The notes beneath the pieces were generated by a model that saw only the letters and a list, made by a program, of their open reading frames with translations, was not told where the DNA came from and ran no database searches. A stretch of DNA of 62,658 nt, the filler included, from Nemertoderma westbladi (taxonomy: Eukaryota; Animalia; Xenacoelomorpha), in the NCBI GenBank assembly GCA_032718475.1. It is 3 parts of 3 records of this genome, joined end to end, with 100 filler letters (N's around TTAATTAATTAA, not from the genome) between each part and the next. Parts side by side here need not be neighbours in the genome. Positions count along the whole stretch, not along the records: positions 1 to 28,739 come from JAUCBJ010001742.1; positions 28,840 to 45,300 come from JAUCBJ010007203.1; 1 more part is not named here. One strand, written 5' to 3'. Position numbers and translations under genes: made by a program. Of this stretch, positions 24,859 to 36,634 are shown one piece after another; the first letter of the stretch is position 1, and each line of letters begins with the position of its first letter.

Positions 24859-27669
24859 CTAAATCCAAATCTTCATTTCAACTCGAGAAGCCGGATTCCC
24901 ATCCAGTAAAATGATCCCAATAAGGTCCTTTCCGATACCCCCGCACCATATTCTCCGTTCAAGCTACTGTACCCGCAGTCTGTGACTGTACCACCACGAC
25001 CCAGTATGTTCTACGGCGCAGTTGGTGGAGCTCCCTGTCATTATCGCGGTCCTTGGTAGAGAATGGTGCACCGTTGGAATAATCCAATGCGTCACCAGCA
25101 GTACCACGGTAACCGGATACATGTAGGCGATAATTAGTTGCAGCTGATCCGATAGAGAAGTTGTTGTATTCCGCGTATTTGTGTTCGTTGGTGTAATTCT
25201 TTTTATCATTTGTTCTCAATCATTGGGATCTACCCACCCCTCTCCAGTGAACCACAAATCGACTCTCAACTTCACCCCGCCTTCACTCAGCTTGTGGATC
25301 TTCTCCAACCCCAACCAAAAATTGATAATCGGGTTGCCAAATCCATTAACGTATTCGTTCCAGGTGCGGTAAAAGTCAACAGATCCATCAACTCTTTGTT
25401 GAATCTTTATCCCCTGAACCCATATCAGATGGCCGTATATATTGTTTAACGCGTTTTGGATGGTTACCAGATCTTGGTCATGGTCATTATCCTAAAACAA
25501 TAATTATTGCGTAACTTGAGATTATTTATCTATTAATTCGAAAATATTTTTGTTTTCATCACCATTAGATAAAAATACGAAGCAATTTAGCAGAGGTAGG
25601 CTTACTCACACATTTATTTAACAAGGCTGGTAGGCTTACTCACATATTTATTTAACAAAGGCTGGTAGGCTTACTCACATATTTATTTAACAAGGCTGGT
25701 AGGCTTACTCACACATTTATTTAACAAAGGCTGGTAGGCTTACTCACACATTTATTTAACAAGGCTGGTAGGCTTACTCACATATTTATTTAACAAAGGC
25801 TGGTAGGCTTACTCACACATTTATTTAACAAGGTTGGTAGGCTTACTCACATATTTATTTAACAAAGGCTGGTAGGCTTACTCACACATTTATTTAACAA
25901 GGTTGGTAGGCTTACTCACACATTTATTTAACAAAGGCTGGTAGGCTTACTCACACATTTATTTAACAAGGTTGGCTCAGGCTTACTCACACATTTATTT
26001 AACAAGGCTGGTAGGCTTACTCACATATTTATTTAACAAAGGCTGGTAGGCTTACTCACATATTTATTTAACAAAGGCTGGTAGGCTTACTCACACATTT
26101 ATTTAACAAAGGCTGGTAGGCTTACTCACACATTTATTTAACAAGGTTGGTAGGCTTACTCACACATTTATTTAACAAAGGCTGGTAGGCTTACTCACAT
26201 ATTTATTTAACAAAGGCTGGTAGGCTTACTCACACATTTATTTAACAAAGGCTGGTAGGCTTACTCACACATTTATTTAACAAAGGCTGGTAGGCTTACT
26301 CACACATTTATTTAACAAGGCTGGTAGGCTTACTCACACATTTATTTAACAAAGGCTGGTAGGCTTACTCACACATTTATTTAACAAAGGTCTGGTAGGC
26401 TTACTCACACATTTATTTAACAAAGGCTGGTAGGCTTACTCACACATTTATTTAACAAGGTTGGTAGGCTTACTCACACATTTATTTAACAAAGGCTGGT
26501 AGGCTTACTCACACATTTATTTAACAAAGGCTGGTAGGCTTACTCACACATTCATTTAACAAAGGCTGGTAGGCTTACTCACACATTTATTTAACAAGGT
26601 TGGTAGGCTTACTCACACATTTATTTAACAAAGGCTGGTAGGCTTACTCACATATTTATTTAACAAAGGCTGGTAGGCTTACTCACACATTTATTTAACA
26701 AAGGCTGGTAGGCTTACTCACACATTTATTTAACAAAGGCTGGTAGGCTTACTCACACATTTATTTAACAAGGCTGGTAGGCTTACTCACACATTTATTT
26801 AACAAAGGCTGGTAGGCTTACTCACACATTTATTTAACAAAGGCTGGTAGGCTTACTCACACATTTATTTAACAAAGGCTGGTAGGCTTACTCACACATT
26901 TATTTAACAAAGGCTGGTAGGCTTACTCACACATTTATTTAACAAAGGCTGGTAGGCTTACTCACACATTTATTTAACAAAGGCTGGTAGGCTTACTCAC
27001 ACATTTATTTAACAAAGGCTGGTAGGCTTACTCACACATTTATTTAACAAAGGCTGGTAGGCTTACTCACACATTTATTTAACAAAGGCTGGTAGGCTTA
27101 CTCACACATTTATTTAACAAGGTTGGTAGGCTTACTCCCACATTTATTTAACAAAGGCTTTGGTGGAGCAAGTGGGGGTCTTTTTACGGTAGGTACAGAA
27201 GGTCTACATGCACATTTATCTTTGGTGGAATAAGTTGAATGGCTTCGGCGGAGGAAACTAAATTATTTCGAAAAAGTGACTTTTATATTATTATTATTAT
27301 TATCGTGTAATTTGATGAACTCTGTAGTTTGAACAGTGTAACTTTATAGATAGGATAAGGATGTCGGAGAGGATTTGAGACACAGAGAGGTTACAGAAGT
27401 CAAATGTGCAACCAGCCAAACGGAATCTTGATTTGCACCAATCGTACTTACAGTAGAACGCGATTAGCAGATTTAAACTTTAACAGCAAAAGTTAGTTGT
27501 AAGTGTAGTTAGAACTTCAGTGGCTCTACAAACACATTGATTCTACATTAAATAACAAACTTACATTGTCTCTTTCAACCAATTCGGTTAAGTTCCCATG
27601 GCTCTCTCCCAGACACTCCACAGCTAAAAGAGCTGCAAGAGTTAAAAGTAGAAGAGATTCCTTGAACAT
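24859..27669 (-). pseudogene. Secreted fibrinogen-related-domain (FReD) gene, frameshifted
   Basis: Signal-peptide exon 27669-27565 (MFKESLLLLTLAALLAVECLG...) ends at a GTAAG donor. Last exon 25491-24859 reads IQQRVDGSVDFYRTWNEYVNGFG..FWLGLEKIH, YAEYNNFSI..NYRL..GTAGDAL..FSTKDRDND, NCA...GSWWY, SLNGEY, VEMKI*, with several frameshifts. Confidence 0.8.
25595..27159. repeat. 34/35-bp tandem satellite, about 45 copies (GGCTGGTAGGCTTACTCACACATTTATTTAACAAA)
   Basis: Contiguous near-identical units with no spacers. Confidence 0.97.
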
Positions 27670-28051
27670 TTTAGGTAACTGAATGCGAAATTGAAATTGA
27701 ATACAAACTAAAATACAATATTCTGCGAATGAATATAACGACACTAACACGCCATACTTAAACAATATAAAACGCAACCTAATAAACATTAAATACCAGC
27801 TGCTGCTTAGTGGAAGCAAAGTAGCGCAATGTTAGTAAATGGGGCAGTTTATATGAATAAATAATTGGTGTGTTTTATGAAATAAAGTAAGGGACTGATA
27901 GACCAATACAAACTCTCCTACTAAAAGGTGCCTTGGATACCAGCCGTTACATTTACCGATATTGGTTTTGGTGACACTAGCAAAGCCAAAGAGCAACTAA
28001 TTTATATGAAGAAATACTGTAGCTAGAATTCCTACTTGATGATAGAGGTTG

Positions 28052-28567
28052 TTTTTTAACCGCCGTCAAGGCGGAAATTGGCTTTAGCCCTCACTAACTA
28101 CTATATACACCTCCTCACCCAATACAAAAATCAGGGAATAATGTTGAGAAAGGGGTATATTTGGTCGAGATAGGGTATAAGGGGGAAGCCGACTATCCCA
28201 GTAGGTGGATAGACCCCCATTACACTTTCTAAATTTTCGTTTCGAGCGAGTCCGACCGACGGATTTCGAGTTGGGCCCAATGGAACGTTTTAAAAATTTG
28301 AATTTCCGCCAAACGCTACAGCCAAACTGCTAGTTAGTTAACGATATACACAATTTTTGTCAATTTGCCCAAAAGGGTCATTTATATGACCTTTGATCAT
28401 GATCTATATGATCTTTGGCCTAAAGCATGGAGTATTTTTATATTATATAGTAATTCATACTATACGCAAAGTCTAAGATGACATTTCTGGAAACACTTTA
28501 AAATTTATATTTGAAATTTTAACTACTGTATTTGTTCACCCAGCCATGCAATAATGGCTGGGTGAAC
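28052..28567. mobile_element. Possible Helentron/HINE-like non-autonomous element
   Basis: T-run followed by the hairpin CCGCC-GTCAA-GGCGG (28060-28074) and a perfect 14-bp stem at 28534-28567. Confidence 0.3.
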
Positions 28568-28739
28568 CACCAAAATATTAATCTTTAAAATTCGCAAAGC
28601 CCTTGATACCTTGTATGTCCGCAATATAATAGCACTCATGGCCTCCCATAATTATACAGTGTAATAAATAAGTATATAACAATAAGATTATGATGGCAAT
28701 ATTAAATCTGAGAATGTTAGCCGTTATTACATAACATAT

Positions 28740-28839
28740 NNNNNNNNNNNNNNNNNNNNNNNNNNNNNNNNNNNNNNNNNNNNTTAATTAATTAANNNNN
28801 NNNNNNNNNNNNNNNNNNNNNNNNNNNNNNNNNNNNNNN
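28740..28839. other. Assembly gap with artificial six-frame-stop linker TTAATTAATTAA
   Basis: N44-TTAATTAATTAA-N44. Confidence 0.97.
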
Positions 28840-29714
28840 TGCTTATGATTGAAGTATAAAGCGTATTCTTTAGGAAATACTTTGTTACCAATCACAATCA
28901 TACACTATTCTGCCGACCGTCAGTATATTTGATCACACATAAAGAGAGCAGCAATTGACTCACGTAGGGTCTGCTAAATAACATTGGATTCAATACACAC
29001 CACATTAATATAAATCGCAATTGTTATGTATAGCCGGTCTCTCTAACCTGTAGTGTATCAAGAAAATTGGGAATTTGGGTGATTTATCCGTATTATCCAA
29101 AGAGCAATATTTCCATCAACAAATAGGTACAATTAATAACTGACGGTAAAATAACAGTACAAACAATATGATTAATGCAATTAAATTAAGTGAGTTAGTG
29201 AGTTCGTTCGATTGATTAATTAGGTAACAGTTTATACTTTCGATAATTTAAGCAGTTTTACTAGAGTTCTTCCCAAAAAGCCGGTGTTTCTGGCTTAGAC
29301 AGCAATAACAACAAAGTATCAAGTAAAAAACAGTAAGACTGAGCACTCTCCTTATGATCGGCCGAAAAGCTACACGTCGACAGGAAAAATCGCTCTGATT
29401 GGCTCAAGCCAAACAAAGAACTATGCGTCCAATGGCTGTTTCCATGTCAGCAACCAGCTGTTAGATGTCGTAATATGAATCATCACGGCTAAGCTGTGAA
29501 AGGTAGTTGGTGCATTGCAGGTTTTTTGCCTTGCCATGTCCGCCAAAACACGTATATAGCAGAATGACTTTTATGTCCGTTAAAACACCTGTAACGGTAC
29601 CTTGCGGGCGAGGGGAATATATATACAGTTAGAGAACCTTTTTAGAGTATTCCAGCGCCTGGGGGGAAACTGGATTGCGAAGCAAAAGGGGCCAGTTATA
29701 TCCCACAGAAGCTT

Positions 29715-30092
29715 TTACAAAGGCAGAGAGCCAGACCAACAGCTGGCCATGTATATACCATATGATTGAAGTTTTGATATAAGCTTTGTGTGTGAAACTT
29801 TATCGAATGCACGTTGGAAGTCTGTGTAGATTATGTCCACACCAACACTCGAGTTACGAAATGTAGCCCAATCGAGGCTGCATTCAAGTAGTTGAGTAAA
29901 AGTTGATTTTGATTTGAGGAAACCGTGTTGGTGGGGACTGATGACCTTTATACGGACTAAGTATGCAATCATACGGTTTCGTATTATTGTTTCCATTGTT
30001 TTCACCAGTAGACTTGTTAGAGAAATAGGTCGATAGTTTGACGGATCAGTGCGTGGGCCTTTATTCTTGAAGATTGGAATTATGTGAGCCAA
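29715..30092 (-). mobile_element. CR1-type LINE reverse transcriptase fragment
   Basis: IIPIFKNKG..DPSNYRPISLTS..QHGF..DIIYTDFQRAFDKVSH..KLQSYGI. Confidence 0.88.
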
Positions 30093-32171
30093 CCGCAAGG
30101 CGACCTAAATACTTTAGAGAATAATTTAATTTATTTTGAAGCCTTCCTTAATCTAAAACAGATTAAATTCCCTTTTTTGCGTTACCCTCATCGAATTCAG
30201 TTCTGGTCTGAATTTGAGGAAATCTTTAACTCACTCAATAGCAGAGAATTGGACGTCAGTGCGGATAAGAAATGGTTATATCTATTGCGTCAGATTCAGC
30301 TGTTAAATACCCCAAGAAATGGAAAAATATATTCACCGGACGATCTAGCTCAAGCATTTACATGGTATTGCATGTCAACTAATCTCTACAGTGAGATGCG
30401 TGATTGTTTAGTACTTCCAAGTCTGCGGCTTCTGAGAAATCTGACTTCTTCTGTAGCCAAGCAAAGCGCCAATGAGTTTATCACTGCGATATTCAACCAT
30501 ATTGAAGAGCGACAACGTCTCTGTGTACTTATTGTGGATGAGATATATATTAAGCCATCAATACAATACCATGGAGGTACAATCTTTGGAATGGCTCAGA
30601 ATGATGGGAGTCTGTTGGCCAAAACTGTGCTTGCTATTATGGTGAAGTGCCTGTTTGGGGGTCCATCGTTTATCGTAAGAATGATACCATGTAGTGGATT
30701 GGACTCTGAATTTCAGTTTGATAATGTTAAGTTTGTTATGAGAAGTATTGCGGAATCATCAGGGTTTACAGTTGCTATAATCTCGGACAATAATGCAGTT
30801 AATAGGAAATTCTTTGCTAAGTTTATCAAGCCTGATATTAGTAAGCCATGGTTTGCCAAGTCTCCTGTATCAGAAAATCCGGTATTTCTATTATTTGATT
30901 TTGTCCATCTATTGAAGTCAATTCGAAATAACTGGTTTACTGAAAGAAGGAAGTGCTTAAAGTTTTATGACGTTCGAGATGAACCACATGGAGAGATATC
31001 TTTACAGGCGAATTGGGGAGATTTGATTGCTCTATATACCTTGGATTCACAGGCTTTGGTAAAAGCATCGGAACTAACTCTGTCTTCCATTCAACCATCG
31101 AAAATACAACGGCAGAATGTCAAGCTTGCTGCCAAAGTTTTCTCAGACAAGACATTAGCTGCCCTTAAAACATTTCCTATTGACAATAATCAGTACGCCT
31201 CTGTTGGAACTGTTGTCTTTATTGAATTGATACTTGAGTGGTGGAAAATAGTTAATATCAAAGCCCCATCAGCTGGTCCCAGATATAATGATGGAGCTCG
31301 GTATGTATTCAGTTCCAAAGCCGACCCACGATTGGACTTTCTGTCTGATATGGCGGATATGTTTGCTTCTATGAAGCCTACCTCTAATAAATCACGTGTT
31401 GAAACCTTCACAGTGGAAACAGCTACCTCTCTACATTGGTCAACCAAATGCCTGTGCGATTTAATTCGGCATCTTTTAGACCTACCATCTCCTTATAGCC
31501 ACAAGTTTGTCATAACTGGCTTGTTTCAGAGTGATTTCCTTGAGGAGTTTTTTGGTAAAATTCGCCAAGCCTTTGGTGGATGTTATTACGTCAGCGTTCA
31601 GCAAGTCTTCGAATTTTCAGCCATAAACTCAGCCAAAGTGCTGGCCACCTTGCATGCTCTTCCTGACATTTCTGGGCCATCGTCTGAACACAACTGCACC
31701 AATTGTTTCTTACCACTTACGAAAGATGAACTTGATATTGTTGATATTATTCCCATACTCGTAGATGATCTGAGCGAATCCGAGAAGGCAGTACTGTTAT
31801 ATATCGCTGGGTATTGCTCATTTAAATCAAAGATAATCTCGGTGGATAAGCCAACAAGCCTCAGTACTACAGTTGTTGGATACTTTGAGTCTATAAATCG
31901 AGGGAGGCTTTCATTGCCTGACAACAGTTTATATATCTTTGTGTTGTGTTGTTATTCCTTCTTCATGAACGTTCCTAGTAGGGAGTTACTTTGTAGGAAG
32001 CGCCTCCTTGCCCTTTTCAGGTTTGTCAATTCGTATGTGACGAATGATGATGTCACATACAGTAACAAACTTATTCGTACTCTGGTTAATATTTTGATTA
32101 ACAATTTGAGTAAACAAACAATGGATGACTCTGTTTCGGTGCCACAAAAACGTGCTAAATTTAATTGTTAA
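30084..32171 (+). CDS. P-element/THAP9-family transposase, N-terminally truncated (no THAP domain)
   Basis: LPSLRLLR, VLIVDEIYIK (D), IISDNNAVNRK (D), FDFVHLLKSIRNNW, RQNVKLAAKVFS, QSDFLEEFFGKIRQ (E), YIAGY; 695 open codons. Confidence 0.9.
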   Translation: MSQPQGDLNTLENNLIYFEAFLNLKQIKFPFLRYPHRIQFWSEFEEIFNSLNSRELDVSADKKWLYLLRQIQLLNTPRNGKIYSPDDLAQAFTWYCMSTNLYSEMRDCLVLPSLRLLRNLTSSVAKQSANEFITAIFNHIEERQRLCVLIVDEIYIKPSIQYHGGTIFGMAQNDGSLLAKTVLAIMVKCLFGGPSFIVRMIPCSGLDSEFQFDNVKFVMRSIAESSGFTVAIISDNNAVNRKFFAKFIKPDISKPWFAKSPVSENPVFLLFDFVHLLKSIRNNWFTERRKCLKFYDVRDEPHGEISLQANWGDLIALYTLDSQALVKASELTLSSIQPSKIQRQNVKLAAKVFSDKTLAALKTFPIDNNQYASVGTVVFIELILEWWKIVNIKAPSAGPRYNDGARYVFSSKADPRLDFLSDMADMFASMKPTSNKSRVETFTVETATSLHWSTKCLCDLIRHLLDLPSPYSHKFVITGLFQSDFLEEFFGKIRQAFGGCYYVSVQQVFEFSAINSAKVLATLHALPDISGPSSEHNCTNCFLPLTKDELDIVDIIPILVDDLSESEKAVLLYIAGYCSFKSKIISVDKPTSLSTTVVGYFESINRGRLSLPDNSLYIFVLCCYSFFMNVPSRELLCRKRLLALFRFVNSYVTNDDVTYSNKLIRTLVNILINNLSKQTMDDSVSVPQKRAKFNC

Positions 32172-33658
32172 TAATTTTACATAATTTAATAAATTAATAA
32201 ATTAATTTTTAATAATTAAGTTAGTTAGTTAGTTAATAAATTTAATAATTTTACATTTGTGGTATGCTTCCTTATTTCTTGACAGACAGACGGACAGAAA
32301 GACTGACAGACATATATACAAGTTTAAAGTCGGTCTAGATTCCTCTAAACCTAAAAATTAACATCTGAAATAAAATCACCAACCATGAAACCCCATTTAA
32401 CGAAAACCTCAGTTTAGTGGTGTGATTTCTTATTTTTTGACTGACAGTCCGACATAGACAATTATACACCACACAGTATACAGCAGCTCCCATGTACCGT
32501 TAACGGTTTATTGCATTAGACTACAGTCTAGTCAGTCACTTTCAGTTCTAAAGTATAAAGTGTAGCATATTTGCTACAAATTTTGAACCTATAACTACTG
32601 AACTACATGCAGTACAATTTCGAAAAATTAGTGAATAATTATTTTTTTAATTTTTTTATCAGTTTTTGTATATTTTGAACTAATCTGTGCAGGAAAAACA
32701 TTGCAAAAACAATTTCAAACATAAAAACGATAATTCATGCAGTAGAGGGTTAAAACCCAGTGGTTCTAATGTTTTAGAAGTCCTAGAAGTTTTCAGCCTA
32801 AGCAAATTTCTGCCTTTATTGGGCTGCATGGCCTTGTATAGAGGTCGCCTTGGCCAACCGCCAGGATGCAGGGACAAAACCAGAATCGAAACATTGTTGA
32901 AAGAGGCAGCTGATTGGTTCAGCAACCCAAACAGAAATACTCTTGAGCAGTACAGCCGTAATTCTGTCAGGGCCAGCAGCTTTGTTAACTTTTAGCTATG
33001 TTCAAATTAAGCACTCAGCCATGCAATAAAGCACCACAGAGTAAAAATAAATACAAGTAATGTATTAATAAACAAAATAAAATGAAATGCAGAACGAGAA
33101 CACAATAAAAGTACATATTTACGTAGGCCTAATCCAGTAATCCACATTAATTTATAGATATTCTGATATTACATTCATTGAAACATTGGAGTACAGTATA
33201 TATGGCATAATAAGTAAATAAAATTTAAAAAAAATTAAATTAGCAAATTCAATCAGAACATTTATTTAAATAAAAAAATAGGCCTATGCAATAAAAATAC
33301 GCAATAATTTTTATCAAAATATGTAATAAATTATAGAGTAAAATTCAGTAGGCCTAAGGTACATAAATCAGACAATTAATAGTTCACTAGGCCTATACAT
33401 TATTCATATTTCAGTATTTAGTACTGTAGATCGAAACATTAATTAAAATACCGGTATGGATCAAAGTGTATTATATTATTACAGTAAAAATAAATCATTC
33501 ATCGCAATAAAAAAAATAAAATTGTTCTATTTGTAAAAGAAATAGATATTATAGAAATAAATTAACTAAAATACGTGGACGTTATTCATTGTTAATTTCC
33601 AGGACCCCTGGCAACAGGCAATGAGAGGACAGGTCGATTAGGTCGAGTTTAGTTTGCC

Positions 33659-33892
33659 TTAACCCTAATTCAGTAATTAAGTAATTAAAACTGTATTTTA
33701 GGCTTAGATGTAACCCTACCTAATCCTGTACTGCTGTAAGCTGTAACCCTACACCCTAAGTCATACCGGTAGCGGTAATTTAAGAAATTTCGCGGGATGT
33801 CCGACATTATTGATATAAGGCAGTACCTAACAGCCTATGGCCCGGTGGATTAGATTATTACTTAGGGTTAGGGACTTACAGACTTAGGGGTT
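33659..33892. promoter_or_regulatory. Cluster of telomeric-type TAACCCTA/TTAGGG motifs upstream of APRT
   Basis: TAACCCTA near 33660, 33710 and 33744; TTAGGGTTAGGG near 33862 and TTAGGGG near 33884. Confidence 0.35.
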
Positions 33893-34041
33893 GGATACCT
33901 GTACGGTACGTACCGTACATGGCAGATCTGATTTTAAACACATCTGATCTACCGGCAGACCGGTATCTGGGTATATCATCGCACTACCGATTTATACACT
34001 ACAACACTTGGCCTACCTATTCGTGTATCCAGTTCTCAGAT

Positions 34042-34587
34042 ATGGCATCGAACCGTCAGAATCGTCTAGACAGAATAAAATTATTAATCAAGGATTACCC
34101 CGACTTTCCTAAACCTGGGGTTCTGTTCCGGGATATATTCCCAGTCCTACGGAACAATCAGGCATTCAAAGATCTCGTAGACCTTCTATCCGAGCACATC
34201 CGTGAGACATCCATACAGGCAGTCGATGTTGTGGTAGGTCTGGACGCTAGAGGTTTCCTTTTAGGTCCGCTAGTTGCGTTGTCTTTAGGGGCGGCGTTTG
34301 TTCCCGTTCGTAAGAGCGGTAAGTTACCCGGCGAATGTTTCAAGGTTTCTTACTCTTTGGAGTACGGTACGGACTCACTTGAGATACAGAAAGCAGCTGT
34401 TCCATCCGATTCCCGTGTTGTTATTATTGACGATCTCTTAGCTACGGGCGGAACTATGAAAGCCGCATGTAACTTAGTGAATCAATGTGGCGCTCAGATA
34501 CTAAAGTGTATCTTCTGTATCGAACTATTAGCTCTGAATGGTCGAGATGGTATTAAACATGACGTTTTCTCCCTTCTACAATACTAA
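34042..34587 (+). CDS. APRT: Adenine phosphoribosyltransferase, intronless CDS (the ORF extends upstream to ATG 33919)
   Basis: YPDFPKPGVLFRDI, GLDARGF, VRKSGKLPG, YSLEYG, PRPP-binding VVIIDDLLATGGT, animal-like C-terminus FSLLQY. Confidence 0.96.
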   Translation: MASNRQNRLDRIKLLIKDYPDFPKPGVLFRDIFPVLRNNQAFKDLVDLLSEHIRETSIQAVDVVVGLDARGFLLGPLVALSLGAAFVPVRKSGKLPGECFKVSYSLEYGTDSLEIQKAAVPSDSRVVIIDDLLATGGTMKAACNLVNQCGAQILKCIFCIELLALNGRDGIKHDVFSLLQY

Positions 34588-36634
34588 ACTTCGTTCTATT
34601 CAGGAATTTTATTTTCCACCGCTTTGAAATGAGTAAGATGCCAAAGTGCGAAGCATTGATGTTTATCACAGGTTAAAGTTTATTTTTTATTTTATTTTGG
34701 GTTGTAAGTCATTCTAATAATATCCGTATGTATGTAATCCCATGAAATTTGAAATAGAGCAACTGTAGTTTGATATCCTAACTTTTTACTGTGTTAATCT
34801 TAGTCAGAATTTTTAAGTAATTTTTGCGAAAAATAATATTTCAATATAGGTCACATTGCTACTAAAAGCCATACAGAGTTAGAGTTGCCTTACAAATTTT
34901 GTATTGTTCCTGTTCCTGTTCGTGTTTATGCGAAATATTATTATGATATGAACACGAAACAACTTAGCAATAATTTTATACTGGCCAGTGTTCTAGCAAT
35001 TAATTTTGTGTAGTGCTTTTCCAATGATATTGAGGTCAATCATTAATTTTAGTTCATATAAACCGCTATAGTTTGTAATGCACTGTCAGACTGTAGCTTA
35101 TGTTTTAAAATAGCTTTTTTAGCAGTTATTCTCAAACAGATTTAATTTTATGTGCAGAGAACAATAAGGCTCTGATATTGTTCTACTATATACAGTTTGC
35201 AATGGGGTAATGATATTATTTTTTGCAATGGGGTAATGATATTATTTTTATCTATTAGGTTGTAAATATTTATCAGTGAAAGGTTCTTTAAATTTTAATG
35301 GTTGCAGCGAGATTTACAGGTATATTTTTATTTTTATGGTAATTATTTATTATATTATATCGTAATGTATTACACAGTATATCATATTCATATTGTATTA
35401 TATATCATATCGAGCATTACTTGACATTATATTTAAATATCTATTACGCTCGTGTGACGCTCTAGGCCAGAACTTTGGAGCTCCGATTAAAACTTGCAGT
35501 AGTTTAATTCGGTTGGTGAATGTGTGAACGGTGGTGGGGAATGGGTCTGAACAACAAGTTGGACATCAACTGTATATTTTTTGTTTATTTGCAATAATAT
35601 CGTCAAAAATATTGTGTATTTTGATTTTCCATTTTCTGCTGCCTCTTGCAAGGATCTCCAAAGAAGTACTGGTTTCGGTATAAGATGTTATCTCTTAAGA
35701 ACTACTGCACACGCTTACTTACGTCTACCTAGAAGTACACCCCCTAGAGAACTATTACACCAGGAAACTCCAACTCAGGTGAATGACACTTACACAGACC
35801 AAGCAAAGCAATCAATGGGACGTGAATACAATGGAGAAAGCAGAGGCCCTTTCCATTAACATTACCCTCCCTGCCTGCTTTATGTAGTACAGTAGCCCAT
35901 CTCTCTTAGAAGCCAAGCCAACCAAACCTTCCTTCCCTCTTTATAAGACTGCAGTTTTATCGTAACATATGCCCACCGCCACCGGAGACAGGGGGGAATC
36001 TGGACGCAAAACCCGCCTTGGCGAATTAATATCCCGCCTCAATGCTAAATTCTCAATTTAGGGAAAGGAGCAGCTTACAGTGGCACGTTATCTTAACCAA
36101 AACAATAAACTAAGCACAATATAACAGGTTACAGTTTTATTTTTGAGAGTAATCAGCTGTTATTTGCGTCGAATTTCCCCTGGAGAGGGATGCATTTTTA
36201 TTACGTCCAGTTTCTCCCCTTATCTGGCTCCAGGCTCACCGACCTGTAATGGAAACATAGATGCTAGGGTAGTAAAGGAAATGGTTGTATAGTGAAAGAC
36301 TGGGCTGGGTGTGTGTACTGCTACTGCTGTAATAAATCATCTACTTAAATGTAGCCAACCTCCTCCCTACCCAATCCACTCAGTAAAAAATTTACATATC
36401 TGGCCTGCAAATTGCAGGTAGTGCAGGCTGCAATGTAACCCAAATCGTCCTTAGTGTACAGTGTAAAGCCGTTATCTTATGATGAGGCATTACCATCATA
36501 CAGCCTTTCCTTTGGGTTAGACCACGGCAGTCTAAAGTATAGGACGATAACCATAGGAGGTTTGGGTGAGGCCAACATACGATTTTTTTTATATAATTTT
36601 ATTTAATAATTAAATAATTAATTAATAATTAAAT

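Noticed and set aside
25595-27159. CRISPR array (35-bp repeats)
   Set aside because: Units are contiguous with no unique spacers, there are no cas genes, and the context is eukaryotic.
32680-32995. Overlapping 81- and 102-aa ORFs
   Set aside because: No recognisable motif or splice support.
33650-33680. Telomerase RNA template (TAACCCTAA)
   Set aside because: Only a 9-mer among several similar motifs; no supporting pseudoknot or H/ACA structure recognised.
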